Below are positions 63,514-64,000 of a stretch of 64,000 nt of DNA, piece after piece. The notes below the pieces were generated by a model, which saw nothing but the letters and a program-made list of their open reading frames with translations, did no database searches and was not told where the DNA came from. Position numbers and translations under genes: made by a program. The stretch lies in NCBI GenBank assembly GCA_043228905.1, contig JBHGNT010000001.1:9858001-9922000 (forward strand). Direction: 5' to 3'. The first letter of the stretch is position 1. Every line of letters begins with the position of its first letter. Origin of the DNA: Azolla caroliniana. Its lineage: Eukaryota; Plantae; Polypodiophyta.

Positions 63514-64000
63514 GTATGTCTAGCATTCTATTCTTTTTATTTTCATTCTTTTGTATGACCTTTCTTTTCTTGCAATTTTTGTGTGAAGAAGAAAACAATA
63601 TATATGAACGTTACACAAGACATGAAAATGGCCTGTAAGCTCTAATGAGAGATTCTATTAAAAATCCTCAGGTTAATGCCAACATGATACTTTTATGGGA
63701 AGAAAGAAATATATATTAATGTTTACTAGAGACAGAAATTGACCTATGAGACAAATCATGATTATAATATGATTAACTTCATGCAATCCACCTGTAAAGT
63801 AAAAGCAGTAAGTTTAGTAAGGGCCATGAAGTTCATATCTACTATTATGTATGAGATGAGTGATGGTGAGGGGACATGATTGATGTCGGATGTCGGTCAG
63901 TGTGCTGGATTGAGGCAATTCTGAAGAAGTACACCAACTGTCATCATGTGAAATGATATACTTGTGGTATCAACATATGTCTTGTATCTTGACACCAGTT

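Overview
Gene-dense nuclear DNA from a land plant. It is probably a fern or another seed-free vascular plant, inferred from the PPR protein with a 'PGxAWW' DYW domain and the PLS-PPR style; this is not proven. Host genes in order: the 3' part of a SnRK1 beta subunit (+), ferritin (-, 8 exons), an ATG18-type PROPPIN (+), uroporphyrinogen decarboxylase (-), a PLS-DYW PPR protein with a degenerate deaminase site (+), a folate-biopterin transporter (+), a PLS-PPR without DYW (+), an intronless callose synthase (-), Lhcb3 (-) and the 5' part of dynamin-related protein DRP2 (+). The standout is a 5.9 kb Mutator-superfamily element at 11434-17345. It has ~115 bp TIRs and inverted subterminal motifs, and it sits inside a (TACA)n microsatellite (apparent 9 bp TSD TACATACAT) just upstream of ATG18. 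Its transposase is deleted and broken. It still carries a fully spliceable 6-exon, 508-aa gene, missed by the ORF track, that joins an atypical C2H2-like zinc finger to a Ulp1/C48 SUMO-type protease with intact catalytic residues. Three internal satellite arrays surround this gene. All exon coordinates were read by eye from GT-AG junctions and frame continuity; no database searches were run.
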